DNA from: Basidiobolus meristosporus CBS 931.73
Lineage: Eukaryota > Fungi > Basidiobolomycota
Direction: 5' to 3'
DNA length: 64,000 bases
NCBI GenBank assembly: GCA_002104905.1
Contig: MCFE01000220.1
Location: 59,798 to 123,797, forward strand
Every line of letters begins with the position of its first letter. The first letter of the stretch is position 1. Positions 36,495 through 49,020 of the stretch are shown one piece after another. Below the pieces are notes generated by a model. That model searched no databases. It was not told where the DNA came from and worked only from the letters and a program-made list of their open reading frames with translations. Both the position numbers and the translations under genes were made by a program.

Positions 36495-39010
36495 AGCATA
36501 TCAATATACTTGATGGCAAACATTACAAGCAGCTAAGAGCAAAGGCTACTTTAAGGGTGTGTATGACCATGCCTCTGCCTTGGCAATTGATGGATTCACA
36601 TTGAGCAAGTACACTACCAGCTAGTCCTGCTGGCCACTGATTCTCATCACCTGGATCTGCTGCCCATCTTATGGTATCAGAGCAGAAATCTGATGGTAGT
36701 TTTGCTGGTATCTGGGCCTAAATAACTGTCCAACCTGGATAGCTACCTGTGTCCATTGCTGGATGACTTTTGCTTGCTTTCCAGTGGGATAACAGATAAT
36801 GGCCAGCATGTAAAAGTGCATACTATTATCTGCATTGGAGATACCCCTGCCATGAGCAAGATAGCCAGCTTTTTCTGGGCACAATGGAATGTATTGCTGT
36901 CAGATGTGCAAGATCCAGGGGACTTATGCCATAGCGCACACACACTATTATTACCCAAACACCAACACCAAGAATGTCATCTTCCTGCAGAGAGAAGATA
37001 CAGAATTCAGCATACAATTGCAGCATAGTTGGCAAGCTATAAGTCATTAGCTGGAATTTGAAATCAACTGGAAACCAGAGATACTTAAGATATAGATTTT
37101 CTTTTGGAACAAAAGCCTTCCACTAGGAGCAATGTATTTGCTTTTCAACATTATCCTAAAACTGATGACCAAGCTGTACATGGAGCATCTCAAGCCAAAT
37201 GAGCCCTTTGAGATACTGGAGAAATATGAAAGAAATGGCAAGATTTAAATAGTGCCCAGTACCCTAGGTACTTCTCACAGGCTCCAATAAACATTCATAT
37301 ACAGCAATTCAAGAAGTGATTGGACATAATAAACTTATCAAGAAATAGTAATGATAGTTGACCTGTTGTTTAATATAAAGAGGGTCAGTAATTATACCTT
37401 TGTAGAAGTAATACAACTCTAACACTAAGTAAGGAGGGTTTCTTAACATTCAGGAGTGTTCTGTAACAGTTTTAGGGCTAGTACATAATGCTTGGTAAAA
37501 CATATTTATTTGATCTTGACTATCAGGGAATGATCATAGGATCATACGGCTGAAGATACTGGTAAATTTGGGGCTGCAAATTAGTCCTACAGTGACTAAG
37601 ACTAGTCTAGGATTGCTATGTAAGTTTCTAGCTGCTGAATGATACCAAATAGTCCAATATTTCAGCATCATACACATATTCAACAACAAAAGTGCAAGGA
37701 CTAGCTGAACTGAATATGTTTTTATTCTAGCAGTCTTCAATCCCTATTCTACCACAAGTACATTGGAAGCGTTGGGAGTCATATGTGGACAATATAGGCA
37801 ATTTATCTAAAAGCAGATCACCAATGCCACCTTGATACATCTACAGCTTTTGTGCAAGTAGTATGTATTAGGATTCAAGCTGCTATACTTCAAACATAAT
37901 GCTGAGCACATAGATCTCTGCTGCCACTGTATCCACTTGTTACGCCATCTTACTTGATGTGTCAAGAATATCTGACCTTGCTTCACCTCTTGGGAATTTC
38001 CTATGGAGCAGATGCGTGGGGAGATAGGAAGAGAAGTCAAGTTGTGGGCACTTCCATATCCCAATCTCATCAAGAATATTACCATCAAGTCTATGATAGA
38101 TCTGATGAGTTGGCACATGCAGGACAGCCAGGAAGAGTTGGAAAATACTGAGGACAGATGTGCACATGGAGACACCTATACCTGTAACATTGAGAAGCTA
38201 AGCAGCCCCAATGAGTAGGTAATCAGCTATGTAATGCACAGTCAGGTTGGGTGCAACAAGCAACCAATTTTATTAGGAGAACTCTACTAAGGTATGCTGG
38301 ACTTCTCTTGGTCACAAGCCAATTTAAACCATTCAATACAGATTACACACAAACAAGATCTGGAGTGAACTTAAAGGAGGACTAGAATTCAGTAGGGAGA
38401 CAGGATATATTGGCTCAATACCAAAAGGTTCATTACAGATATTCATGAGGTACTCAGGGCAGAAGTGGCAGCAGCCAAGCATATGTTTGCAAGATATATA
38501 TGTTACCAGCAATAAAAGGTATATGGTGTGAGTACTAAATGCGGTACCCACTCTGTGCCCAAGAGTTCTCCCCAGAGTCCTACCCAAAGTCTCCCAGTAT
38601 CCTCCCAATATATCCCCCACGTGCCCTCCCTCCTATCCCTGCCCTTATCTAGATAGAGCACTTACCATAACAGGAAGATGTTCACATCCCTATTTTATAA
38701 CACATTGTGTATTATATAAGCCCCCCCCAAGTGATATATATATCTACCAAATTAAGCCAAGTGAGAGAACATGAGGATTTGGATGGAATAAACACAAGTC
38801 TTTATTACCTTGCAACCTTCTATCAGAAGCTATTCTGAACCAAGAGGTACTGACTTGACCTACAAGCTCTCCCACTCACCAAGTACAGTTAGTAATAACC
38901 CACATATGGCAACTTTGCAAGTATCATAATAAAAAGTTGTAAAGTTGAGGTGATAGAAATATGTCTGTTGCAGCAGTTGTTTACATTTCTAGAGGTTAAT
39001 AAGCAGGAGA
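36495..39010 (+). pseudogene. Tnp2-family transposase relic of copy 3; most complete copy in the window
   Basis: ALAIDGFTLSK, NLDSYLCPLLDD, ICIGDTPAMSKIAS.GHNGMYCCQMCKIQG, QAPINIH, and C-terminal FTSWEFPMEQMRGEIG...PYPNLIKNI resembling the GP..W.F.MER motif. Confidence 0.78.
37300..37667 (-). repeat. Older solo LTR, family C, TSD TCATA
   Basis: Diverged reverse homolog of the C LTR; TCATA at 37295-37299 and 37668-37672. Confidence 0.85.
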
Positions 39011-39779
39011 CTATGGTATTTCTTGATTCAATCTATGTGTGTAATACCCAATATAGTAGTGGGCAAGTAAATAAACAGGGGTAATTTCAGAGTGAAGTAT
39101 ATATGAATTGCACAAGGGGAGGTAGAGAAAGGAAATACAACTTGGCATATTTGTGCAGTAGCATTCCACAGAACTAGCTGTAATCCACCATACTGCCACA
39201 ATAATGCCATCAGAGGCCTGCAATGAGGCTGTCAAAACACCATCATGTTATGCTATATAAGGCAATTGGATGTACTCACCAGTTAGATCCACTGAAATTG
39301 TTGCAGAGTGCATGGAGACTACAACAATGCCATGCCACCCATGGCAAAACACTGAATAAACAACATTATGTTTTTTAAGTTTGTTTGGGAGTAAAATTAG
39401 CCAAACACTGTTGTGATCCTGTCATAAGATTATTGGATAATCATAGATTCCGATTTGCTAGTATTATAACAGTCTCTTGATGGGATCTTCACAGCTGATC
39501 TTGATTGCATCCACCTGTGGGACCAAATAAATCTTCATAGGACAAAATGTCAAAAAATCAAGAATAGAAAAATCATATGCAGCAAATCACAGCCTTAGAG
39601 ACACAATTACTCCAGATCTTCAGCCAGCAGCAACAAAGAATGACCATCACGGCCCAGGACCAGCAAAGTCTGGCCAAGAGCAACTTTTGTGTGAGGACCA
39701 ACCAGTAGCATATATTCAGCTTCCACCTAAATAGTGTTTGGGGGCTCTCAAGCATCCTGAATATCCAGCACAAGCCTAT

Positions 39780-40495
39780 GCCAGGTAGAGATAACTGAGC
39801 TTCCCATCATACTGGCTAGCCTGATGTTCTTGTGATACCATTGTCAAGCTGTATTTGCTAAGTAATAACCTGCATAATGCAATATACTTTCTAAGCCTTA
39901 AAAGATTCTTTGATTTGAAAGATCCAAGTTTCCATCTCTTCACTGGCTTCACTATGGTACCAGTTGACCTTGACACTGAGGTTCCTCTTAACAGGGCTTT
40001 GCTAGTTCAGGGCCATGATAGTCATTCCTTGCTGATGTTGGCTGAGGATCTGGAGTAACTGTTTCTGTTGGGTCAGCATTTGCTGCAAGCATTGCTCTAT
40101 ACTCTATTTTCTGACATCTTGAGGGAGGCTGCTGATTCTTGCTGCTAGTAATGCTACAAGTTTTAATATAAGAGTTGTAGAGAAAGAGGGAGCTTTGCTA
40201 GCATCTATATATTGAAACTTGAACTGATCTTTATAGTGGTTCCAGCAGCTCCATACATTTTGCCAGATCAATTGCTGACTGATTGAATTTCCTTATGAAG
40301 GTTGTGGCTGGTGACTCATTTGATTACACTAACATCTCCCATTCAAACATTACTTAGTATATCTATTTTTGTCATATAAGAATCAGCTGATCCATCTGCA
40401 GACTAATACTACTGATATGATAGCTAATACTGATATGACTATAGACTAAACATAAAACTAATTGACTGGACTAAAAACTGATTCAGCTAAACTCA
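39780..40495 (-). pseudogene. Family B relic: 5' LTR (~40152-40495) and gag 5' fragment
   Basis: Reverse homology to the B LTR, leader and QQLLQIL gag start. Confidence 0.7.
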
Positions 40496-40529
40496 GAATC
40501 TTGTACACTCTGTGGTATAGTTCACTAGC

Positions 40530-41451
40530 TCCCTATTGAGATACAAGTAATCAAGGTCTTGACACCCATCCTTACCTGTCAAAAGCAATCTTTAACCTTC
40601 TGCTGGGTAGACCATAGAAGACCAGTACTGGTGTTACAACCACCAACCATCTTAGGTGGTTGGTATGGTATATTCTACAAGGATCCAGCCCAGGATTACA
40701 GTCAGCCTTTTGTGATGCAATACCATGTAATAAAAGGACACATACTGCTTACCAGAAGAATCATATTGCCACAGAAGAAGATGATTAACCTGACAACATA
40801 TATTCTCACATATGATGCTGCACATCTGGTATGGCACATCAAATAGCCATTGAGTGAACAGAATACAAGGCAGCTGTATAGAAGATTGAACAGTTGCTTT
40901 CAGCTCTGACACATGAATCCTAGCCATCTGATTAAATCAGATTCCCAGAAAAAGCACTGGAAGATAAGCATCTTACACCTCAGAGACCTTGGTAACACAT
41001 CATTAGCAATGGATACCTAGTAACAAAAGTAAATTTATGCTTCAAAGAAATCTAGTAAGTTTAGGAATAGAATTTTGCCTTTAATGACAAGGTGATGGGA
41101 CTCTTAAAGACCTCAGTTGAAAGCCTATTGATACTAATACAGTGTCCTATTCACCCTGGTAGTTTAAGCCCTACCCAATGACCCAAGGACCCCAAGCTGA
41201 TGTGCATGGCCTACACAAAAAGAAGTTGCTGCTGGTATCCTGAAGCATTACTGTGGATTACATACTAACACATAGATTGCAGCTTACAGAAGAATGGGAA
41301 ATTCTGTTTCATACCAGACATGCAACCGGCAAGTACTGTCACTATGAGAAGTCCAGCAATACCTTAATCTATTGATGACTTTGCATATAGCTATAGCTGC
41401 CACTCTATTCAGTCAATATATGACCTCAACTCCCCTATATAAGATTAATTG
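40530..41451 (+). pseudogene. Degraded protease-RT fragment of gypsy family E
   Basis: Colinear homology to ~60900-61820 with deletions. Confidence 0.75.
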
Positions 41452-44400
41452 TGTTACAAGTCTTGGTATAAGAGTTGTAGAGGAATAGGGAGTTTAGCTA
41501 GTATTGTATTCACTAAAACTTGAACTGATTTTTATTGAGGTTCCAGCAGCTCCTTATATACATTTTGCCAGATCAATTGCTGACTAATTGTATTTCCTAA
41601 TGTAGGTTGTGGCTGATGACTCATTTGATTGCATCATCATCACCCAATAAGATCCTACTTAATATATCTATTTCTGTCTGATAAGGATCTGCTGATTCAT
41701 TTGCTGACTAATGCTACTGATTTCATAGATAATACTGATATACTGATAACCTAAACATATACTAATTGATTTGACTAAAAACTGATCTAACTTAAACATT
41801 CAAGCGGCAGATCATAACATTCTCCCCTACTAAAGTTGAGAGGGTTCTCCTGAATCTCTTTTCTTGTGATACCAATATCTTGATGGTTCAGTATTATCAG
41901 CAAGTCTTGCAAGCTTGAGTCTGTCCCTATGCACTAAGTCTTCCCGGATATTACCTTGCTTGTCCACCAGTTGGTAAGTTGCAAATGGACATTCTCTGAT
42001 GATCTTGAATGGTCCTGTCCATTGTGGCTCAAACTTCTTCCGAGTGTTGTTTCTTAGCAATACAAAGTTCCCAACTGTCAATGCTTCTGGTGCTATAGTC
42101 TTATCAAATCTCTGCTTCATCTTTTCTGCACTTTGAGATACTTTGGTCTGTGCCTCTTGACGTCTTTGTTCCAGTTGCTGGTGTCTACTTGGCTGACTGA
42201 GTTCATCTTCTAAGGTGTCTGTAAGCTTTGGTTGTGTGAGATCTCCTGGAATCCTTGGTTCACATCCATAAACTAAGTAAAATGGTGATTGCTGGGTGGT
42301 GTTGTGTACTCTGACTCTGCATGCAAAGAGTGCTTGGTCTATATACTCATCCCATCTACTGACAACTCCATTTGCATACTTGGTCAGCATTTTTCCAAAT
42401 AATCCATTAAACCGCTCAGTGACTCCATTAGTTCTGGGGTGATATGCCGAGGTTTTCAAGTGTCTGATCTGCTGCATTTCCAGGTAAGCCTCTAATGTCT
42501 TTGCCATAAAGTTTGCACCTCTATCGGATAAGATCTCCACAGGGCATCCAAACTTCATCAGGATCTCATGGTAAATGAAACTTGCAACTTCTTGTTCACT
42601 GGCTATTGGTACGGCTTTAGCAACTGGCCATTTAGTGGCATGGTCAATAGCTACTAGGATCCAACGGTTACATTTCCTGGTAGTTGGCAGTCTTCCAATA
42701 AAGTCAATTCCCCATCTCTCAAATGGTCTGACAGGCTCCAAAGGGAAGAGTTCGGCAATTCTTTGTGGCTGGCCCTGATTGATTTGGCAGTTGGGGCATG
42801 TTTTCACTAGCTTCTCAATATCTTGTTTCATTCTGGGCCACCATGCTCTGGCTTTCACAAGGCTATAGGTTCCTTCAATCCCAAGATGTCCATATCCATT
42901 GTGTAGCTTATGTATTAAATCCAGGCGAGCAACATAAGGACAATAGGCAATAGGGCTTCCATCAACAATTCGGTAGAGTGTTTCATCCTGTACAACAAAT
43001 TTGCTGGCTTCATCCCGGATTATCTTCTTGATATCTTCATCCACCTCATTAGGAATGGCTTGGTCCTCCAAGTACTTTGGTAATAGGCTAGGCCAATCTG
43101 ATTCATGCACCAAGTTGAGTTGTGCAACTTGATCTAATCTTGATAAGGCATCAGCAACCGTGTTGTTTTTTCCGGGACAGTAGACAATCTCCAGGTCAAA
43201 TTGCTGAATGTATTCACTCCATCTTGTCATTCTTCTAGAGAGTACCTTCTGAGTAAATATATACTTGAGGGAGGCATGATCAGTCTTCACAGTGCATTTG
43301 ACTCCTTCAATATAGCATCTCCATGTCTTCAAACATTGTATTATAGCAAGCATCTCCTTCTCATGGACTGGATAGTTTTGTTCTGCTGAGTTCAGTTTCT
43401 TGGATTCAAAGGCAACAGGGTAGTCCTTTCCCTCGTGTTCTTGGCTCAGCACTCCACCAATTGCGTAATCTGAAGCATCTGTGCATAGAGTGAACTCTTT
43501 TCTGAAGTCTGGTATTCTTAAGCTTGGCAACTTAGCAAGTTCATTCTTTAGCGTCTGGAAGGCAGTCTCACAAGCTATGTCCCACTTGTAGGTATTGTCT
43601 TTCTTGAGGATATCAGTTAAAGGGGCTGCAATACTTGCAAATGACTTGACAAATCTCCGATAATAGGAAACCATTCCAAGGAAGGATCTGAGTTCTGATA
43701 TGCTATGGGGCTGCTTCAAATTCTTGATTACTTCCACCTTCTTGGGGTCTAAGGTTACTCCTGTGCTAGTCACTATGTGTCCCAGATATTCTACGTGTTC
43801 CTTGAAGAATTCACACTTGGCTAGCTTGCCATATAGCTTGTTCTCTCTTAGTTTCTTCAACACCTTTTCAATGTGTACCATGTGATCCTTTTCTGTCTTG
43901 CTGTATATCAATATGTCATCCAGGTAGATTATCACAAACTTGTCTAAGTACTCCTGAAAGACAGTCTGCATCAGCGTCATGAATGTTGCAGGGGCATTGG
44001 TGAGGCCAAAACTCATGACCAAGTACTCGTAATGTCCATATCTGGTCCTGAATGCTGTCTTAGGGATATCTTCTGGTTTCACCCTAATCTGGTTGTATCC
44101 TGACATGAGGTCAATCTTGCTGAAAATAGTGGCTCCATTAAGTTGGTCTAAAAGCTCATCAATCCGAGGTATGGGGTACTTATTCTTGACGGTAACTGAG
44201 TTCAGGGCTCTGTAGTCAATGCACATCCTAAGTGTTCCATCCTTCTTTTTCACAAAAAGCACTGGTGCTCCCCAGGGTGACTTGCTGGGCCTGATGTATC
44301 CTTGCTCCAATAGCTGATCAATTTGTCTCTTCATTTCGTCCAATTCCAATGGACTCATTCGGTAAGGTGTCTTGCTCACTGGAGGGCTATCTCCTGTGTC

Positions 44401-46390
44401 AATGGCATGATCCACATCTCTGACTGGTGGTAGGCTTACAAGCTCATCTGGGAACACGTCTGAATATTTCTTCAAGAGAGTCTGGACCTGCTGGGGTGCT
44501 GGGGTAGAGGAATCCTCCTGTAATACCGCCATGAGGAACATCTCGGTACCTTTTCTAAGTGCTCTACAGAACTGGGTCTTGCTAAGTTCACTTGTCTCAC
44601 ACACACTGGAATTGACCAAGTTGAAATCCAGCCTGGCAGGTAATAGCTCATAGGTCTTGTTGTCTTTTTGGATCTGAGTAGCATGGGTTCTCCAGTTGAT
44701 TGATGGATTACGACAAAATAGCCAGGTTTTCCCAAGTACAAGGTCAAACTTGCAGTTCCCAAATATATAAGCCTGTAGGTCTTCTTCATAGTCATTGATC
44801 TTCATTCTTACTGGCTGGGTAATACGGTTGATTATGTGGGAGTTCCCATCAGCTGTGGAAACTGAAGTTGATTTGGTAGGTTCCGAGTTGATTCCAGCTT
44901 TCAAAGCAAATTGCTCTGACATGTATTCATGCGATGCTCCTGAGTCAATCATGATCTTGGCAGGTACTCCATTGATTACTCCATTCAAGTACAATAACTT
45001 CCCTGAGTTTGAAGTCATTTGGGACAAGTACTCTTCTGTCATATGGAAGGTGAGTTCCGAGTCTTCTTCAAGCTCATCTTTCACATTACTGTGTTCATGG
45101 GACTCAATATGGTAGAAGGTTCTTGTTGGCTGGTGTCCATTTCTTCTCTGAGGGCAGTACTTTGCAATATGTCCCTGCTGGTGGCAATTGAAGCAAAGTC
45201 CTCTCTTCTTGCATTCTTCTGAGGAGGGGTTCTTCTGCATAGCGTCTATTTCCATTGGTACTGCTTCTGATTGTCTTCTTTCATAATGATTATAGCCTTT
45301 CTGATTAGTCACTGTAGGCTTCCCAACTCCAAACATAGCTGAGTCATAGTCAATGGCAATCTTGATGGCTTCTTCAATAGTCTGAGGTCTTCGGTAATTG
45401 ACTTCCTTGCGAGTTCTTTCTTTCAACCCATCAATAAAGTATTCAACTTGATCCAAGGGGTCCATTCTTTCAATTTGTCCAAGTAGACATCTGTACTCAT
45501 AGATGTATTCTTGCACCATTCCTTTCTGTCTGAGTGTCTTTAACTTCCTTCTTAGTAGTGTCTGCTGGTGTGGAGGTTCAAAAGCATCCTGAATTTCCGA
45601 CACAAACTCATCCCAGGTAGAGATTGTAGAGCATCCCATCATAGTAGCTGACCTGATCTTGTTGTGGTACCACTGTAAAGCTGCATCTGCCAGGTAAGAA
45701 GCTGCATAATGCAACTTGCTCTCTGGAGCAATTCCTTTAGCTTTAAAAGCTTCTTCAATCTGAAAGAGCCAAGTTCCCAGGTTTTCATTGACTCTGCCAT
45801 GGTACCGGTTGACCTTCACACTAAAGTTGCTCTTGACAGGGCTTTGTTGGCTCTGAGCCATGGTAGTCATTCCTTGTTGCTGTTGGCTGAGGATCTGGAG
45901 TAGCTGTTGCTGTTGGGCCAGGATTTGCTGCATGGCATTCTTCCATTCTTGATTGTCCGACATCTTGAGGGTGGTTTCTTCTTTTCTTCAGGAGGGAGGT
46001 TTCTGGTTATCGCTGCTACCAATGTTACAAGTCTTGGTATAAGAGTTGTAGAGGAATAGGGAGTTTAGCTAGTATTGTATTCACTAAAACTTGAACTGAT
46101 TTTTATTGAGGTTCCAGCAGCTCCTTATATACATTTTGCCAGATCAATTGCTGACTAATTGTATTTCCTAATGTAGGTTGTGGCTGATGACTCATTTGAT
46201 TGCATCATCATCACCCAATAAGATCCTACTTAATATATCTATTTCTGTCTGATAAGGATCTGCTGATTCATTTGCTGACTAATGCTACTGATTTCATAGA
46301 TAATACTGATATACTGATAACCTAAACATATACTAATTGATTTGACTAAAAACTGATCTAACTTAAACATTCAAGCGGCAGATCATAACA
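41452..46390 (-). mobile_element. Ty3/gypsy family B copy E2, intact; LTRs 46023-46390 (5') and 41452-41819 (3'); TSD ATTG
   Basis: 368-bp LTRs identical by eye; PBS TGGTAGCAGCG at 46021-46011; PPT AGTAGGGGAGAA; ATTG at 41448-41451 and 46391-46394. Confidence 0.97.
41830..45963 (-). CDS. Single-frame gag-pol polyprotein, 1377 aa (gag, CCHC, PR, RT, RNase H, IN, GPF motif; no chromodomain)
   Basis: [40 protein letters not shown]...CPNC, WGIDF/SDRGANF/NGVTER, WTGPF. Confidence 0.96.
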   Translation of the reverse strand: MSDNQEWKNAMQQILAQQQQLLQILSQQQQGMTTMAQSQQSPVKSNFSVKVNRYHGRVNENLGTWLFQIEEAFKAKGIAPESKLHYAASYLADAALQWYHNKIRSATMMGCSTISTWDEFVSEIQDAFEPPHQQTLLRRKLKTLRQKGMVQEYIYEYRCLLGQIERMDPLDQVEYFIDGLKERTRKEVNYRRPQTIEEAIKIAIDYDSAMFGVGKPTVTNQKGYNHYERRQSEAVPMEIDAMQKNPSSEECKKRGLCFNCHQQGHIAKYCPQRRNGHQPTRTFYHIESHEHSNVKDELEEDSELTFHMTEEYLSQMTSNSGKLLYLNGVINGVPAKIMIDSGASHEYMSEQFALKAGINSEPTKSTSVSTADGNSHIINRITQPVRMKINDYEEDLQAYIFGNCKFDLVLGKTWLFCRNPSINWRTHATQIQKDNKTYELLPARLDFNLVNSSVCETSELSKTQFCRALRKGTEMFLMAVLQEDSSTPAPQQVQTLLKKYSDVFPDELVSLPPVRDVDHAIDTGDSPPVSKTPYRMSPLELDEMKRQIDQLLEQGYIRPSKSPWGAPVLFVKKKDGTLRMCIDYRALNSVTVKNKYPIPRIDELLDQLNGATIFSKIDLMSGYNQIRVKPEDIPKTAFRTRYGHYEYLVMSFGLTNAPATFMTLMQTVFQEYLDKFVIIYLDDILIYSKTEKDHMVHIEKVLKKLRENKLYGKLAKCEFFKEHVEYLGHIVTSTGVTLDPKKVEVIKNLKQPHSISELRSFLGMVSYYRRFVKSFASIAAPLTDILKKDNTYKWDIACETAFQTLKNELAKLPSLRIPDFRKEFTLCTDASDYAIGGVLSQEHEGKDYPVAFESKKLNSAEQNYPVHEKEMLAIIQCLKTWRCYIEGVKCTVKTDHASLKYIFTQKVLSRRMTRWSEYIQQFDLEIVYCPGKNNTVADALSRLDQVAQLNLVHESDWPSLLPKYLEDQAIPNEVDEDIKKIIRDEASKFVVQDETLYRIVDGSPIAYCPYVARLDLIHKLHNGYGHLGIEGTYSLVKARAWWPRMKQDIEKLVKTCPNCQINQGQPQRIAELFPLEPVRPFERWGIDFIGRLPTTRKCNRWILVAIDHATKWPVAKAVPIASEQEVASFIYHEILMKFGCPVEILSDRGANFMAKTLEAYLEMQQIRHLKTSAYHPRTNGVTERFNGLFGKMLTKYANGVVSRWDEYIDQALFACRVRVHNTTQQSPFYLVYGCEPRIPGDLTQPKLTDTLEDELSQPSRHQQLEQRRQEAQTKVSQSAEKMKQRFDKTIAPEALTVGNFVLLRNNTRKKFEPQWTGPFKIIRECPFATYQLVDKQGNIREDLVHRDRLKLARLADNTEPSRYWYHKKRDSGEPSQL

Positions 46391-46399
46391 ATTGCTCCT

Positions 46400-47710
46400 G
46401 TAGGTGGATTAAGCCTGAGACTGCTTCTTTAGAGCAATCACTCTGCATGCCATCTTTCGAAGACTGAGGTGAGCCTAAAGGTATTGCAAACTCTCCTGAC
46501 TCAGTTTGTACAAGGTGACAAGTACAGTCAGGTGCAGTAATAGAAGTATCAAGTGGCCAGAAAGAAATTGTAGGTAGAGTAGTCACTGATGAATAATCAA
46601 ATACAACTTTTATTGCAAAACACTCTCCATGATCCTTGTAATACCACCTGTGCTGTCTGAGTGCGCTATGGCTGGGAAATTTGCTACAATAGTGACATGG
46701 TCTTTTTTCTCCACTCTTATGGCATTGAGTCAAAGTAGATTTCTCCATGGGGCAAGTAGTTTCACACTCAGCAAGATAACACTATTTTATTGCCTCTTTG
46801 TTCAATACTTTTATGTATTTGAGACAGTATTGTATTAGAGACATTGCACGTCAATGAATATAAGACTAAATGATGACCCATCATTGTAAGCATTATAAAT
46901 AAGATTGTAACATTAAATACCCACATTTATGTGTCCCCAAGGAAGAACCACCACAGCAAGTTCATAAGTATATGAATATGTTATGTGAGTGGGAGTGTTG
47001 AAATAACTAAGAGTCCACCTAATTACTAATATATTATGAACTCCCACGTAGTTTAATGTCCTATGTCAAAATATTCACCTACAAATTAGTTTTCAAGATA
47101 TTTACTAGCTACTGGATATCAGTGAAGTATAGAATTTTAGGAAAATCTTAAACTTGTCCTGATGAGCTGAAACTTGACATGTGTTCTCTTGAGATTCCCT
47201 TGACAGTGAGGAAATAGTAATATATTTGTAGTTTTGTAATAAGTAAAAATACTATGTTGCAACTCAATAAATCAACCAGTGAAGATCATGTTTATCTTCT
47301 GATTCCCCATTTAACTGCCTATATATCTCTCTAATATTTTAACAGAATCCTACAGAAAAACCTTTTGCGCAACACACCATTTAAAGTAAAGAATCTGGTA
47401 TTGATATTAAATCCAAAAAATCATCAGACATTGAAGACCTGTGAAGCTGTTGAGTGCAATGATAAAAAGTGTGCCAATAATAAAGAGGCTCTGAGATGTA
47501 TAGCACACCATCACCTTAAGGGCAGCATACCATGGGATCATCAAGAACTCAAGGTCAAGCAGAATGTACTTAACCTGTTCTATGAGCATTCTCCTGGATG
47601 CAAACCAGCAAAGGGTTTTTTTGCCAGCAGTAGTATGCTAGCCAGTTATCTCAGGAATTGCAGAGATCATCATGGGCAGGAGAGCAAAGGTGCCCCTTTG
47701 CAGTAAGAAA
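46400..47710. mobile_element. Fragment of the Tnp2-type DNA transposon (copy 4): transposase 5' region (-) and ORF2 piece (+)
   Basis: 46400-46900 matches 10770-11260; 47365-47700 matches 12700-13000; no termini or palindrome seen. Confidence 0.65.
46996..47344 (+). repeat. Family F LTR, probably an orphan 3' LTR
   Basis: 349-bp homolog of 30599-30947; preceded by purine-rich GAGTGGGAG; no TSD. Confidence 0.7.
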
Positions 47711-47899
47711 AGGAGTATTCTATAGTATATCTTCTGTCCTCTATATTTTGTCTCCAATTGGCATTGGAATACTCTACTAGGTCCAATGTTTAGTCCTTAT
47801 GGGTAATCTTGAGCAGAAATTGGCAGTTCCTTATAGTAAATGAAACCAGTTTTACTGCTCAATATGCCTGAATGCATATCTCTGATTTCACTGGCTGGC

Positions 47900-48540
47900 A
47901 ACTTCATACTGAGTTTGAGCTCTAAGCATGGTATATATCCAGCTGCCAGCCTTGTACGGGTAATAGAGGTCAGGGCTTTCACACTGGACCTAGTTTTCTT
48001 GATTTAGCTGACTTTTGACTAAGCTAATGTTAATTTGCATTAGGGTAGCTGCCAGCTTGCAGTCTTCCATTTGCTACTTCTCTCCTATATCTTTGATGCA
48101 CTTGGACTGGCTGAAGGTCATATTCTGTGTGCTGTTGTCTCTGAATAGCTTTATTGCAATGTAGCAACTGAGCTCCCCTAGGTTGGACATCCCACAATCC
48201 ATTGATAAATTGAACTTGGTGTCTTCCAATGTTTCCTAATTATTGGCAGCAATAATAAGGTCATCCGTTTACAAAGCTAGTAGAGCTGGGCTTACTCTAT
48301 TTGGCCTATAGAAGACACTGTATTCAGCAGTACATCCTTGGCAACTAAAAGATCAGAAGTAAGAATCTATCTTGCAATTTTAGGCTTTTAGTAATTATTT
48401 ACACTATGTGGATACTTTGACTCTGTCAGACCCAGTTAGGGCTATATTAGTATACTAATTCATCTAACTAGCTCATGTACACACTCTCAGCAAGTTCCCT
48501 ACCCATAAGTGCAGCTTTTGCATCTTCTATATGAGTAAAA
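47900..48540 (-). pseudogene. Degraded copia RT relic
   Basis: Remnants KIDSYF, DDLIIAANN.ETLEDTK, SNLGELS on the minus strand. Confidence 0.65.
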
Positions 48541-49020
48541 GACTTGCCTATGAATAATAACTTGGTTCAATGGGTGGAATCAGTCCACATCAACTGTCTT
48601 AATCCCACAATCAGGCTGCCATAATGCCAGCAGATTAGAAATATGTACCCTCCAAGCAATCTAATGATGGGCTTATGATTGCATTTTGCTATATTTACTG
48701 ACAAATAAAGCTAAAAACTTGACACTATTTTAGAGGCCTTTTGACAAGAGTTGCATGATATTTGTATAGTCTTGATGCATTCATCACTTCTGTACAATAA
48801 TCCCTACAGTCATGAACACCTGCTGCACTTGACATACCTCTCTCACCCAATCTTTGCAGCATGCTGGAATGGTATTGGCACTGTTACCATCTATATTGCA
48901 TTGCAGGTACCATTTACATCTTACAAATATATGCATGAGAGCCACCACTTTTGCAATGAATTCCACCTCAATATTGGCAGAGAACCTTTTGGTATTTAGC
49001 CAATATACTCCTGCTGCCTG

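Larger units (their letters stand above)
23307..39542. mobile_element. Tnp2/CACTA-type DNA transposon, copy 3 (opposite orientation to copy 1), expanded to 16.2 kb by six nested LTR insertions
   Basis: Left end CCCTATAAAAAA; right end reads TCCTATGAAGATTTATTTGG on the minus strand; subterminal homology to 14380-14449 and 8676-9060; flanks rejoin the old B element, probable TSD CAA. Confidence 0.75.

Noticed and set aside
41820-41900. env-like ORF or chromodomain in family B
   Set aside because: The pol stop is followed at once by the PPT and LTR, and no chromodomain motif follows GPF.
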